The notes beneath the pieces were generated by a model that was given only the letters and a program-made list of their open reading frames with translations, had not been told where the DNA came from and searched no databases. A stretch of 64,000 nt of DNA from positions 17,794 to 81,793 of the IMG/VR virus record IMGVR_UViG_3300033072_001141. One strand, written 5' to 3'. The translations under genes and the position numbers were made by a program. This stretch comes from a virus. Lineage: Duplodnaviria; Caudoviricetes. Positions 53,836 through 63,026 of the stretch are shown here, piece by piece. Within the stretch, counting starts at the first letter, position 1. Each line of letters opens with the position of its first letter.

Positions 53836-55968
53836 TCACCCCTTCACGAAGGGAAGAGGAGGAGCGCCGCTGCCGCCGCTGCCTCCGGAACCTGAGCCGG
53901 GCTTCACCATACCGCCTCGGGGCGCACTTCTGCCACCTTCCTCTCCTACCATGACCGACCCACCGGTCACCCAGGACGGATCGTCTTTCTTCTCCGAGGC
54001 CGTGTCGCTCACGCCCAGGAGCGGCGGAATCGGCCTCCCGGGGCTTCGCTGCGTGACGGAGTAGATCAGGCCGCCGAGGGCATCCGCTAGATCCTTCGAC
54101 CCTCGAACCTGGTTGCCCTTCGGGCCGGTCATGGTCTTGGGGTGGTCGATCTTGACCTTCCCGCCGGAAGTTGGGACCCGCTGGAGGTTCCTCAGCTCGG
54201 CGGCGAGGTAGAGGTGCCTCTGGGTTCGGAGACGCCGCTCGTAGAGCGCGCCCTTGAGCACGTCGTACGGCTCGGTCGTCCGGTCGAGGGAGATGATCTC
54301 CGCCTCGATCCCCCGCTTCTTGAACTGCTGGATGCTGTCCGCCGACTGGTACTGGTCCATCGAGACGAAGCCGATCTGGAAGCCGTGCTCGATGAACTGG
54401 TAGATGATGGACCGCACGTCGCTCAGCAGGATCTCATCGCCGGGGGGCGGGACAATCCGGAGCAGCAGGTCGGTCTCGATGACCGGCGCCAGCTCGGAGA
54501 ACTCCTCCCCGCGCCAGTCCCTCCGAACCACCTCGGTCCAGTTCGCGATGTGGCCGATCGCCAGGCCGGTGGCATCTCCGGTGAGCGACGCGTCGATGTG
54601 GGCGTACCTGATCTGGTTCGGGTGCCGGTGGGGTAGCCATGCCATCTCGACGAAGCCACCGGCCAGCTTCCTCTCGTACTGCCTGGCGATCGCCTGCCAC
54701 TGGATCTGGAGAGGTGCCGACGGGACCCACTCCTCGATGACCGCTCCGCCGTCGTCTCGCGTGCCGATGGGCAGCGTTTCGTCCACCGCGTCGAAGATGG
54801 TGTCCGTGCGCTGAATGAACGGGCTGACCGACTCCGTGGCGACGCCAGCGATGTCTCGGAGCGAGCCGTCGATGTCGCGCTCGAAGTCGTTCCGGTAGTC
54901 GATCGGGACATCGACGATCTGGAGGCCCAGCTCCTTGTAGCGGAGGATCTCGCGCTCGTCCGCGTTGTCGGCGAGGATGCGGCTCTGCACCTTCTCGTTG
55001 CCGGCGACGACGCGGAACGTGCCGCGGGAGAAGAACTCGGGCGGCTTCACGTCCCAGGTCGCGTACTCGCGGACGAAGAAGTGCTGGTCGCCGGTGTCCC
55101 TGGCCTCCTTCACGCGCTTCTCGATGAAGGCCGTGGGCCTCTCCTTCGACGACACGGTGAGGAGCACGCCGGGAAGCCGTCCGCTCCGCTGGAAGCGCGA
55201 CTTCATTCGGCGGATGATCGACTTGTAGATCTTCTCGCCCGTGTCGGTCGCGACGAACTTGCCGCTCCGATCGACCTCCTTGTCGTTGCCCATGAAGGAG
55301 GTCTCGTCGATGAACCCGGCGAAGACGTTGAGGCCGATGATCGCCGACGAACCGGTCGAGCCAGCGACGACCTGGACCTGGTTCGGGAACTTGATTTCGA
55401 GCTGGCTGGGCGCGGCCTTGAGCGGGAAGTGCTCCTTGAAGTAGCGGCTGTGCTCGATCTTGCCGACCAGCTCGTTCACCGCGACGCGGCGCGCGACCTT
55501 CTCGGTGACGCTCAGCATCGCGACGTAGATGTACGACCCAGAGTCGATGCCGTATGCCTTCTGCGGGCTGCGCAAGCACGACATCTGGTAGACGACGTAC
55601 GCCATCGCACACGTCGCGAAGAAGCTCTTGCCCCATCCGAGCGAACCGCCGAGAACGCCCTCGTAGTAGTCGCCCTCGAACAGCTCCACCATGTCCTCGC
55701 GGAGCCTCGGCCATAGCGACTGCCCCGTCTCTCCGAGGAAGTACGGATCGGTCAGGAAGGTCTCGATGGAGACCGGCTTCCGGATGTACTCGGCCTCGGC
55801 GAGCCGCTCGTACTCGCCCGCGCGCCCGCGCACGAGCTGGTTGTGGACCTCCTCCAGCGCCTCTCGTTCGTGAGGCTGGAGCCTGGAGATCTGTTCGAGG
55901 AGCAGCTCTTCCTCTTCGTCCTCGGTCCGGACCGACCGAGGGCGGCCCTTGTCATCGAGGATGGGCAC
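53836..55968 (-). CDS. terL: Terminase large subunit
   Basis: Walker A 'GSLGWGKS', Walker B 'GFIDE', nuclease 'AHIDAS..GDATG', 'SMDQYQS', 'KIDHP...SKDLADA'. Confidence 0.9.
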   Translation of the reverse strand: MPILDDKGRPRSVRTEDEEEELLLEQISRLQPHEREALEEVHNQLVRGRAGEYERLAEAEYIRKPVSIETFLTDPYFLGETGQSLWPRLREDMVELFEGDYYEGVLGGSLGWGKSFFATCAMAYVVYQMSCLRSPQKAYGIDSGSYIYVAMLSVTEKVARRVAVNELVGKIEHSRYFKEHFPLKAAPSQLEIKFPNQVQVVAGSTGSSAIIGLNVFAGFIDETSFMGNDKEVDRSGKFVATDTGEKIYKSIIRRMKSRFQRSGRLPGVLLTVSSKERPTAFIEKRVKEARDTGDQHFFVREYATWDVKPPEFFSRGTFRVVAGNEKVQSRILADNADEREILRYKELGLQIVDVPIDYRNDFERDIDGSLRDIAGVATESVSPFIQRTDTIFDAVDETLPIGTRDDGGAVIEEWVPSAPLQIQWQAIARQYERKLAGGFVEMAWLPHRHPNQIRYAHIDASLTGDATGLAIGHIANWTEVVRRDWRGEEFSELAPVIETDLLLRIVPPPGDEILLSDVRSIIYQFIEHGFQIGFVSMDQYQSADSIQQFKKRGIEAEIISLDRTTEPYDVLKGALYERRLRTQRHLYLAAELRNLQRVPTSGGKVKIDHPKTMTGPKGNQVRGSKDLADALGGLIYSVTQRSPGRPIPPLLGVSDTASEKKDDPSWVTGGSVMVGEEGGRSAPRGGMVKPGSGSGGSGGSGAPPLPFVKG

Positions 55969-55971
55969 GGA

Positions 55972-56751
55972 TCACCCGGCCGCCCGGCCCTTGTCCTCCC
56001 CGCCCTCCGACTCCTTCTTGCGCTTGCGCTCCTCCATCCTCGCGAGCTTCTCCACGAGCGAGACGATGCGGTGCCTGGACTCGGGGTTGGACAAGGTCTG
56101 CTGCGTCTTCTCGGAGTAGCCCTTGATGTCGAGCTGCTCTCGGAACTTCTGGTCGCCATCGGTGAGACCGAGGGTCTTCTTCATCTCGATCCGGAGACCG
56201 AGCATGGCGTGCGCGACGGCGTACTCGCGGTTGAGGTTGTCAATGTAGCCGCCCTTCTCCGCCTCCATCCGGGTCAGCCTGTCGATGCGGTGCCGCTGCG
56301 CCAGGTAGAGAGCTTCCACCTCCACCAGCTCGTCGATGCCCCTCTCGACGTGGCGGTCGTAGATCTTCCTGGCGATGACGCTCGGCAGGAGGCTGCCCAC
56401 CTCGCCCGCGCGCCCGCCGCCGGGGAACTGGATCGCCTCGCCGTCGCCGTCGCCGGGCTCGTCGTCGTCGTCCTCGTCGAGCAGCTCTTCGTTCGGCGTC
56501 GTGTTGAACCAGCGCTTGCTGTCCTCGGCGAAGCGCTCCGACGCCTGCTTCCGCAGATCGTCGCGCCTGCGGAGCAAGGCGTTGGCCAGCGAGACCTGCT
56601 TGACTTCGGTCAGCGCGTTCTGGTCCTCCTGGATGAACTTGGCCACATCGACGGCGGACGTGCCCTCCATGAGCATGAGGTCCACCGTCTTGACAAACGG
56701 AAGATTCCCGATGAGAACGGGGATACTCGGCTTGTTCTTGATGTGCGTCAC
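55972..56751 (-). CDS. Candidate terminase small subunit
   Basis: Directly upstream of terL; N-terminal HTH-like region, coiled-coil C-terminus. Confidence 0.45.
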   Translation of the reverse strand: MTHIKNKPSIPVLIGNLPFVKTVDLMLMEGTSAVDVAKFIQEDQNALTEVKQVSLANALLRRRDDLRKQASERFAEDSKRWFNTTPNEELLDEDDDDEPGDGDGEAIQFPGGGRAGEVGSLLPSVIARKIYDRHVERGIDELVEVEALYLAQRHRIDRLTRMEAEKGGYIDNLNREYAVAHAMLGLRIEMKKTLGLTDGDQKFREQLDIKGYSEKTQQTLSNPESRHRIVSLVEKLARMEERKRKKESEGGEDKGRAAG

Positions 56752-56757
56752 ACCAAA

Positions 56758-56786
56758 AGGATGCCTGAGCGGTCGTTATCAGGCAA
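56758..56786 (-). promoter_or_regulatory. Putative sigma70-type promoter TTGCCT-17-CATCCT overlapped by a 7-bp inverted repeat
   Basis: -10 ends 6 nt before GTG 56751; TGCCTGA/TCAGGCA arms at 56762-56768 and 56779-56785. Confidence 0.4.
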
Positions 56787-56798
56787 GTTCCGTTGGTA

Positions 56799-57047
56799 TC
56801 ACTCGCCCGAGGACGACACCGCGAGGATGATGCCGGCCATCGCCGTCAGCTCCCCCTTGAGCTGGTCGCACGGGATCCCTTCCATGGACCCCACGGAGAT
56901 GCCCTTCGGGATGTCGCCGTTGGGGTAGACCTTGACCTCCTTGCCGTTCTCGATGATGGAGGGGTCCTCCAGTTCCCTGATCCAGTCGCTCAGTCCCTTG
57001 CGGACCTGCTTGAGACTGGCGAGCACGAACTCCCTGGACAGGTTCAT
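56799..57047 (-). CDS. Hypothetical protein
   Basis: 82 aa, ATGA-coupled. Confidence 0.55.
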   Translation of the reverse strand: MNLSREFVLASLKQVRKGLSDWIRELEDPSIIENGKEVKVYPNGDIPKGISVGSMEGIPCDQLKGELTAMAGIILAVSSSGE

Positions 57048-58369
57048 CGGTCTTCTCCTTCTGGTTCCTCGGTCTCCTCACCGGAGACCAGACTCTCGAT
57101 CCGCTGGGCGGTGTCCCACCCGTACACCACCTCGTTGGTGCCCTTCTTGATGGCGACGATGTCCACGCCGAGCTTCGCCTCGATGGACTCCAGCGCCTCG
57201 TCCGGCACTCCGTAGACCACGGTGCCCTTCTTCTGGTCGAGCGCGATGACGAAGACGCCGAAGTTCTTCTCCAGCCCCTTCATGATGTCGCGGAAGTAGA
57301 TGCGGCTGCGGAGGTCCTTCACGGTTGCCGCAGCACCCGAGTAGAACGAGAGGAAGTGGGTGGCCATCATCTCCAGGGCCAGACCCCTTCCCACCTCGGA
57401 CTTCGCGGGCCTCTTCGTCAGGTCCATCGTTTCCTTGAGCACGTCGTAGGTGGCAGCCACCGCCATCTCGATGTGATCTTCCTGTTCGCGGTCGATCTTC
57501 GCGGTCCACTCGATGCGAGTGGTCGCCCGTTCCTCCTCGGTCGGGACCGAGATGCCTTGGCGAATGTCCGCCGGATCGCCAGCCGCGTGGCTGGCCGTGG
57601 TGCCGGTGGCGACCGGAGTCGTGTTCACCGGCGCCACGTCCACCCCCTTGGAGGTGGCCTTCTTGACCGGATCGACATCCACCCGCTCGTCGGCGTCGCT
57701 CGCGATCTGACCCGAGTCGCGGCTCTCCTGGCCCTGGGCCAGATCGGGGACCTCGGACTTGGGCGGCGGCGGCGGCAGCGCGCTCTTCTCGGCCGGTCGC
57801 TGGAGCGCCAACCCCTGCCGGCGCGACACCCCGGCCTTGTCGAGCGCGACGCGCGCCACGCGCTCCAGGTCCGGCCTCGCGAGCGCGCGCGCCTCCGCGA
57901 ACCACTGCTCGTAGTTGCCGTCGTCCACGAGGCCGACGAGCACACGCGCCTTGGTCCACCCCACTTCCCGGATCAGCTCGCGGATCTTCGGAAAGTGCTG
58001 GAGGGCGCTGAACCACCACCACATCGCGACCATGTGGTGGATGTTCCGCACGTGGAAGTGGGTCTCCACGTCCACGTACTCCTCCCAGGTCTGGAACGGC
58101 TTGCCGGTCTGAGGGTTCACCCACTTGGAGTAGATGGCCTTGGAGCGGACGCTGTAGAAGAGCGCTCCCAGCTCCAACCGGTCGTCGTCGAGCCGCTTCG
58201 AGATCTCCTGGATGCGAGCGCGGATGCGGTCGGCGTTCTGGTCGGTGACGACCTCCGTCGTGATGTAGCCGCCGGTCAGCGCCACCAGGTTGCTGGTGCT
58301 TCTGTCCTCGACGACTCCGTCCACGGCGCCGTCGATCTCCTGCTCGTCGTCGTCCTTCTGCTTCGTCAT
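57044..58369 (-). CDS. Hypothetical protein with helical N-domain and low-complexity linker
   Basis: 441 aa, coupled to both neighbours. Confidence 0.65.
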   Translation of the reverse strand: MTKQKDDDEQEIDGAVDGVVEDRSTSNLVALTGGYITTEVVTDQNADRIRARIQEISKRLDDDRLELGALFYSVRSKAIYSKWVNPQTGKPFQTWEEYVDVETHFHVRNIHHMVAMWWWFSALQHFPKIRELIREVGWTKARVLVGLVDDGNYEQWFAEARALARPDLERVARVALDKAGVSRRQGLALQRPAEKSALPPPPPKSEVPDLAQGQESRDSGQIASDADERVDVDPVKKATSKGVDVAPVNTTPVATGTTASHAAGDPADIRQGISVPTEEERATTRIEWTAKIDREQEDHIEMAVAATYDVLKETMDLTKRPAKSEVGRGLALEMMATHFLSFYSGAAATVKDLRSRIYFRDIMKGLEKNFGVFVIALDQKKGTVVYGVPDEALESIEAKLGVDIVAIKKGTNEVVYGWDTAQRIESLVSGEETEEPEGEDR

Positions 58370-58929
58370 CCGAACTCCTTCTCCTCGACGACTCTCTTGT
58401 CGAAGAGGAACCGTGCTACCACGGCGGCGTCAGCTTCGTGGTCGGTCTTCACGTCGTACCCGAGGCCGTCGCGAACGACCTCGACGATCTGCTCCTTGGT
58501 CGGCCTTCCGTACCCCATGACGTGCTTCCGCCCGGTGTTCGGCGGCACGATCTCCGGGATGATCCGCAGCGCGAGATAGAGCTGGGTCTTGAGGACTCCC
58601 GCCACCTCGCCGATCTGGTGCGCCTGGAACCTGGCGTCCATCGCGTAGCCCTCGATGCCGACGTGACGGATCTTCCAGGTCTTGCAGATGCCGATGACCT
58701 CGTTGGCGACCGCAAGCATCCGCTGGATGCGGTCCGCCTCCGTGATGGGCGGATCGCTCTTGCGTTGGCGCGACAGCGGGTAGTGCAAGGTCTGCGCGCG
58801 AAGGAAGATGCCCTGCTCCGACAGCACTACCAGACCCGTGTTCGCCGGAGCGAGGTCAACGCCGAGAACGCGCCCAGAGCACTGCCACCTCGACACACGG
58901 GCACTCGCCGTACGTGCCTGCTCCATCAT
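58366..58929 (-). CDS. RuvC-like Holliday junction resolvase
   Basis: 'VLGVDLAPANTG', 'VGIEGY', 'KHVMGYG.PTKEQI', 'DHEADA' catalytic acids; start uncertain. Confidence 0.85.
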   Translation of the reverse strand: MMEQARTASARVSRWQCSGRVLGVDLAPANTGLVVLSEQGIFLRAQTLHYPLSRQRKSDPPITEADRIQRMLAVANEVIGICKTWKIRHVGIEGYAMDARFQAHQIGEVAGVLKTQLYLALRIIPEIVPPNTGRKHVMGYGRPTKEQIVEVVRDGLGYDVKTDHEADAAVVARFLFDKRVVEEKEFG

Positions 58930-59788
58930 GCGGGCAGCGAGGGACGGGTCGTGTTTCGTCTTCGAGCGCTTCGCGGAGGCCACGAACCTTCTCCTTCTGG
59001 GCGTGGATGTACGCCGCGTCGTATGCGACCTGGTGCTCCACCAGCGCCTCTTCGAGCGTGGCTGCTCCCGGGTTGAAGTACAGCAACCTGCCCGACCGGA
59101 ACGACCCGGCGTCCAGGTACCACTGGAGCTGAGCCACGTCGTTCTTCCTCGGCGCGTCTCGCACCGACGGGATGATCGTCCCGTCCCTCCTGGTGAACGA
59201 CTTGTCGAGGTTCTCGGTCGTCTTGAGGTCGAGGACCTCGATCGGGTTCGGCGCGAGATGCAAGAGGCCGTCGCTCTTGCCCTGCACGAACAGATCGAAG
59301 TCGCGGAACTCCGGCTCGACGAACCTGAACCTGGTCCACTTGCCGTTCTTGAGCGCGCACCTGCGGCACTCGGAGGGCCTTGGGACCGACGACCGGAACG
59401 AGACCGTCGGGATCGACTTCTGGTCCTGCTCCTCGTCCGAGCACGCCGCCCCGTGGATGAACGCGCACCTCGGGCACTGCCACCCGCCGAGCAGGTTGCC
59501 CATGGGGCCGAGCCATAGCTCCTGGACCACCATGTGGAGCGCTGTCCCGCGGTCCATCCTCCATCGACCCTTGAGGTCGATGTCATCGACCATCCTCACC
59601 TTGAGCCGGTGAGCCATCACCAGCGCGCGCGGGCACATCTCCGGGATCCGCGAGACGCCGAGCCACAACTTCGGCCCCGGCGGATCGTCCTCGCGGTGGA
59701 CGATGAGGCTCTCCATGAGCAGCGGCACGAGCGCACCGCGCTGATCACGCAGCTCTCGAATTTTTCCGATCAGGTCGGCTAGAGCCAT
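58856..59788 (-). CDS. Cas4/RecB-like PD-(D/E)XK exonuclease
   Basis: 'CPR', 'RGTALH', 'GKSDGLL..EVLDLKT', 'QLQWYL', C-terminal Cys cluster; internal CPRC..CRRC. Confidence 0.8.
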   Translation of the reverse strand: MALADLIGKIRELRDQRGALVPLLMESLIVHREDDPPGPKLWLGVSRIPEMCPRALVMAHRLKVRMVDDIDLKGRWRMDRGTALHMVVQELWLGPMGNLLGGWQCPRCAFIHGAACSDEEQDQKSIPTVSFRSSVPRPSECRRCALKNGKWTRFRFVEPEFRDFDLFVQGKSDGLLHLAPNPIEVLDLKTTENLDKSFTRRDGTIIPSVRDAPRKNDVAQLQWYLDAGSFRSGRLLYFNPGAATLEEALVEHQVAYDAAYIHAQKEKVRGLREALEDETRPVPRCPHDGAGTYGECPCVEVAVLWARSRR

Positions 59789-59791
59789 GGT

Positions 59792-60640
59792 CTATTGCTT
59801 CTTACCACCCAAGATGCCGCGATTCAAGAGAACCGACCGCACGTTGGCCAGGGTTGTCGCGGGGGTCGGGACCGGGTCTTCGGCGACAAGCCCCTCGGGG
59901 GTCTGTCGCACCTTCGCGCCCGGTGGTCCCCAGAATCGCAGCTCGTAGGCGGCGTAGGTTCCGTGCTCGCCCTTCTCGGCCGCGAGGAGTCTCTGCATCA
60001 CGTCCACGAGCGATCTCGTGTTCAGCAGCCACATGGCGACGATCTGCACGGCGGGATCGGGGTCGAGCAGCGACTCGTGAAACGCTCGCTCCTGGAGGTC
60101 GTTCAGCGGCTTCTGGTACCCGCGTCGCTTCGCCTGCTCCATGCACCCGAGCATCTCTCGGTGGACCAGATCCCACACGTCGTCGTCCATGAACCTGGAC
60201 GACAGGGAGATGCGGTCGGTCCTCATCCGGCCGATGGCGTCGGCCGCGTGGGCGAGAACCGAGCCCAGCACATCCTCCCCCGGCCGGACACCCTCCCACC
60301 TGGACGGCTCCCCCGGTGCATCCTCGGGTCGGATGTCGAGGACCTTCCAGAACCCGTCGCCCGCGTCCTCGGACAGGTCCTTGTCCGCGAAGACACGCTT
60401 CCTCCACGCGTCGTCGAGGTAGACCGCCAGCTCGCCGCGCGCGACGAGCATCCCCTTGAGCACGTTGTAGTTGATGAGCCGCTGGTCGTTGCACTTCTCG
60501 AACGCCATCCACTTCGACAGCCTGGTGACGTACGCCTTGTAGCGCTTGACCTCGTCGGCGGGCGGCTCCGGAAGGTCGATCTTCCGGAACGTCGGGCGCG
60601 CCAGCCTGGGATCTGGCCCGGGGCCATCCACGGACATCAC
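59792..60640 (-). CDS. Hypothetical protein
   Basis: 282 aa, coupled to its neighbours. Confidence 0.65.
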   Translation of the reverse strand: MMSVDGPGPDPRLARPTFRKIDLPEPPADEVKRYKAYVTRLSKWMAFEKCNDQRLINYNVLKGMLVARGELAVYLDDAWRKRVFADKDLSEDAGDGFWKVLDIRPEDAPGEPSRWEGVRPGEDVLGSVLAHAADAIGRMRTDRISLSSRFMDDDVWDLVHREMLGCMEQAKRRGYQKPLNDLQERAFHESLLDPDPAVQIVAMWLLNTRSLVDVMQRLLAAEKGEHGTYAAYELRFWGPPGAKVRQTPEGLVAEDPVPTPATTLANVRSVLLNRGILGGKKQ

Positions 60641-61065
60641 CCGCCACCACCGGCTCGCTCCAGGAGCGCCTGGAACGCCGTGAGCGGCAGTGCCACCCAG
60701 GTTGCCTCGGGCGCCCCTGACATCCCGCGCATGACCTCGTCGTCGAACTCGATGCTCAGGGCCGGATAGCTGTCTCTCGCGTGCGCCTCACGCGTGACCT
60801 TGGCCAGCCACTCCGCTTCGACACGGATGGACTTCTGACCGCTCGTCCGCTTGCACTCGATCACCAGCGGGAACTCGCCTCCGGCCCCAGCTCGCACATC
60901 GCCCTTCGCGTCGAATGCACCTGACCCGGGTTGTCGGCGACCTCCAACGGCCGCGGCGACCTTCTGCTCGTGTGCCTTCGGCTTCCTGCGGTTGGTCTTG
61001 TCCTTCTTCCGCTCCTGCTCGCTCCCGGCGCGAAGCAGGAACGGAACGGGTCCGTCCTTCGCCAT
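60637..61065 (-). CDS. Hjc-like PD-(D/E)XK resolvase
   Basis: 'HEQKVA...GGRRQPGSGA...KGDV...LVIECKRT..KSIRV..EWLAKV'; start re-called at ATG 61065. Confidence 0.8.
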   Translation of the reverse strand: MAKDGPVPFLLRAGSEQERKKDKTNRRKPKAHEQKVAAAVGGRRQPGSGAFDAKGDVRAGAGGEFPLVIECKRTSGQKSIRVEAEWLAKVTREAHARDSYPALSIEFDDEVMRGMSGAPEATWVALPLTAFQALLERAGGGG

Positions 61066-62630
61066 CACCCCTCCGCTGGCGCCGACTTGCCTGCGCCGAT
61101 GGCGCCCTGCGAATGCAACACGTGATCGAGCAAGGCCGCCCGGACCCGGCGCTTGAACGCCGCGTCTTCCCGCACCTTCGCGAGAATCTCCTTCTGCGAG
61201 GTCCAGGTGTAGTCGCCGATGATCTCCCGCATCTCTTCGTCGCGCGGCATGTAGATCGCCTTCTTCTTGTCGTTGACGATCAGGTAGTGCATCGCGAGCT
61301 TGAAGATGTAGTCGTCCTCCAGGACGGTGCCCTGGGGCCCGCGGTCGTTGTCGCGCATCGACTGGACGTACTCGCCCTCGGATCCGTTCGTGGCCGCGAC
61401 CCTGTTCTTCGTCGTCTTGAAGCTGATCGTCTCCTCGATCGGGATGGTCACCACCTCGTCCTTGGCGCCGTACTGCTCGGCGACCGTCTTGCGCTTGCTG
61501 CGCAGGAACTTCACCTCGGCGTGGATGGCGAAGTCCTGACCCTTGCCGCCGGGCTTCACGGTCGGGTCGCCGAACATGACGCCGATCTTCTCGCGCGTCT
61601 GGTTCGTCCACATCTGGGTCATCGGACGTGACCTCACCTCCTGCTGGATCATCGCGGAGACGAGCTTGCGGCCGGCCTTGTTGACGATGCGCGCCTGGAG
61701 GCCCTGCTGCCACTCCTCCATCGAGGCCGTGATCTCCTTCTGCGGCACGAGCTGAGCGATGGAGTCGATGACCATGAGGTCCACCTCGTTGGTCAGCGCC
61801 ATCGCGTGGCAGATGTCGATGGCCTCCTCTGCGTTCGTCGGCTTGATCAGGAGCACGCGTCGGCTGTCCACGCCGAGCTTGGCGAACCACCCCTTGTGGT
61901 ACGCGTTCTCCAGATCCACCCAGGCGATCACGAACTCCTCGTAGGAGTTGAGCTGGAGGCAGAGCTTCCAGCGCTCGACGCGCGCCGCGTACTCCTTGGG
62001 CTTCTCGGACGACTCCTTCTTGGGCTCCTCCTCGGTCCTGAACAGGCCCTCGGCGAAGCAGTCGCAGTAGCCGCTCGCCGACCACCTTGCATCGTCGCCC
62101 AGCTCGGCGATCTCCTCTTCCGACGGAGGAACGCTCTCGACCTGACCGGGGATGCGCTCGATGCGAGCCGAGACGTTCTCGGCGGACCCGTAGTAGACGT
62201 GTCCGGCCTCGGCCGACCTGGCCGCCAGCTCCATGCCCATCCCGACCAGGTAGTCGTGAGCCTCGACCCTGGTGAACACCCTGACCTCGCCGTCGTCGCC
62301 GTCGGCCATGCACAGCGACCCGCCGGTGCCGTCGCCATGGGTGCCGACGAAGACCTGCCACGCGTCACGCGATGCCGGCCGGAAGCAGTTGCGGCAAACA
62401 CCCTGGGCGATGCCGCACGTCCTGGCGATGGACGTGGTCTTGCCGCCCGACTTCTCGCCGTAGAACATCGTGATGTACCCGACGGCGACACCTCCGCCGA
62501 GCGCGGTGTCGAGGGTCAGCGAGCCGGTCGAGAGCCACCTGTCGTCCCTCAGCCTGGAGGCCACGCCCCCGACCTTCTTGGCCTTCACGGTGTTCTTGGA
62601 GAACAGGAACAGCTCCTTCTTCTTGGCCAT
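61065..62630 (-). CDS. recA: RecA/UvsX-like recombinase with about 155 aa insertion
   Basis: 'STGSLTLDTALGGG', Walker A 'GEKSGGKTT', 'WVDLE', Walker B 'MVIDSIAQL', 'GLQARI', 'WTNQTREKIGVMFGDP..PGG'; start at ATG 62630. Confidence 0.9.
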   Translation of the reverse strand: MAKKKELFLFSKNTVKAKKVGGVASRLRDDRWLSTGSLTLDTALGGGVAVGYITMFYGEKSGGKTTSIARTCGIAQGVCRNCFRPASRDAWQVFVGTHGDGTGGSLCMADGDDGEVRVFTRVEAHDYLVGMGMELAARSAEAGHVYYGSAENVSARIERIPGQVESVPPSEEEIAELGDDARWSASGYCDCFAEGLFRTEEEPKKESSEKPKEYAARVERWKLCLQLNSYEEFVIAWVDLENAYHKGWFAKLGVDSRRVLLIKPTNAEEAIDICHAMALTNEVDLMVIDSIAQLVPQKEITASMEEWQQGLQARIVNKAGRKLVSAMIQQEVRSRPMTQMWTNQTREKIGVMFGDPTVKPGGKGQDFAIHAEVKFLRSKRKTVAEQYGAKDEVVTIPIEETISFKTTKNRVAATNGSEGEYVQSMRDNDRGPQGTVLEDDYIFKLAMHYLIVNDKKKAIYMPRDEEMREIIGDYTWTSQKEILAKVREDAAFKRRVRAALLDHVLHSQGAIGAGKSAPAEG

Positions 62631-62632
62631 GA

Positions 62633-62986
62633 TCAGAAGCTCCTGCTGGTGCTCTTGCCGCTCTTCTTGCTGCTTCCGCGCACCGCCGACACCTCGGCCT
62701 GGCACCGCTCCTCGGTCCACGCTGCGCACCACTTGTCGCACGCGTCCACATCCTCGGGGTAGCAGGGCATGGAGATCGACACGTCGAAGCGCGCCGACTC
62801 GTAGTTCCCGAGGTTGAGCGTGAGCCCGTAGCCGCGCGTGACGATGGCCGGCGTCGTCTTGAAGACCGCCGGCTCGATGATCTCCTCGGTCTCGGCGATG
62901 ACCTCTTCCTGGCCGCTGCGGACGAAGCGTCCACTGATCCTGGCGATGCCCGCGTACTCTCCGGGCTTGCGCTCCGTGGTGCCCAT
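62633..62986 (-). CDS. Hypothetical phage protein
   Basis: 117 aa; AAGGAG RBS; 'TLNLGNYESARFDVSI'. Confidence 0.7.
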   Translation of the reverse strand: MGTTERKPGEYAGIARISGRFVRSGQEEVIAETEEIIEPAVFKTTPAIVTRGYGLTLNLGNYESARFDVSISMPCYPEDVDACDKWCAAWTEERCQAEVSAVRGSSKKSGKSTSRSF

Positions 62987-63026
62987 CCTCTTCTCCTTCG
63001 GCTGCTGCTTCTTCTGGATGTGGTGG

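Noticed and set aside
53836-55968. Intein or intron in the terminase
   Set aside because: ATPase and nuclease motifs run continuously with no splice-junction motifs
58366-58929. RuvC-like gene as a TnpB/Cas12-type effector
   Set aside because: Only about 190 aa, resolvase-sized, with no zinc finger, REC region or adjacent RNA/transposon features
58856-59788. CRISPR-Cas system suggested by the Cas4-like gene
   Set aside because: No repeat-spacer array or other cas genes seen; stand-alone Cas4-like nucleases are common in phage recombination blocks
61935-62396. RecA insertion as an intein
   Set aside because: No recognisable HINT blocks and no (H/G)N-(C/S/T) end preceded by a block F pattern
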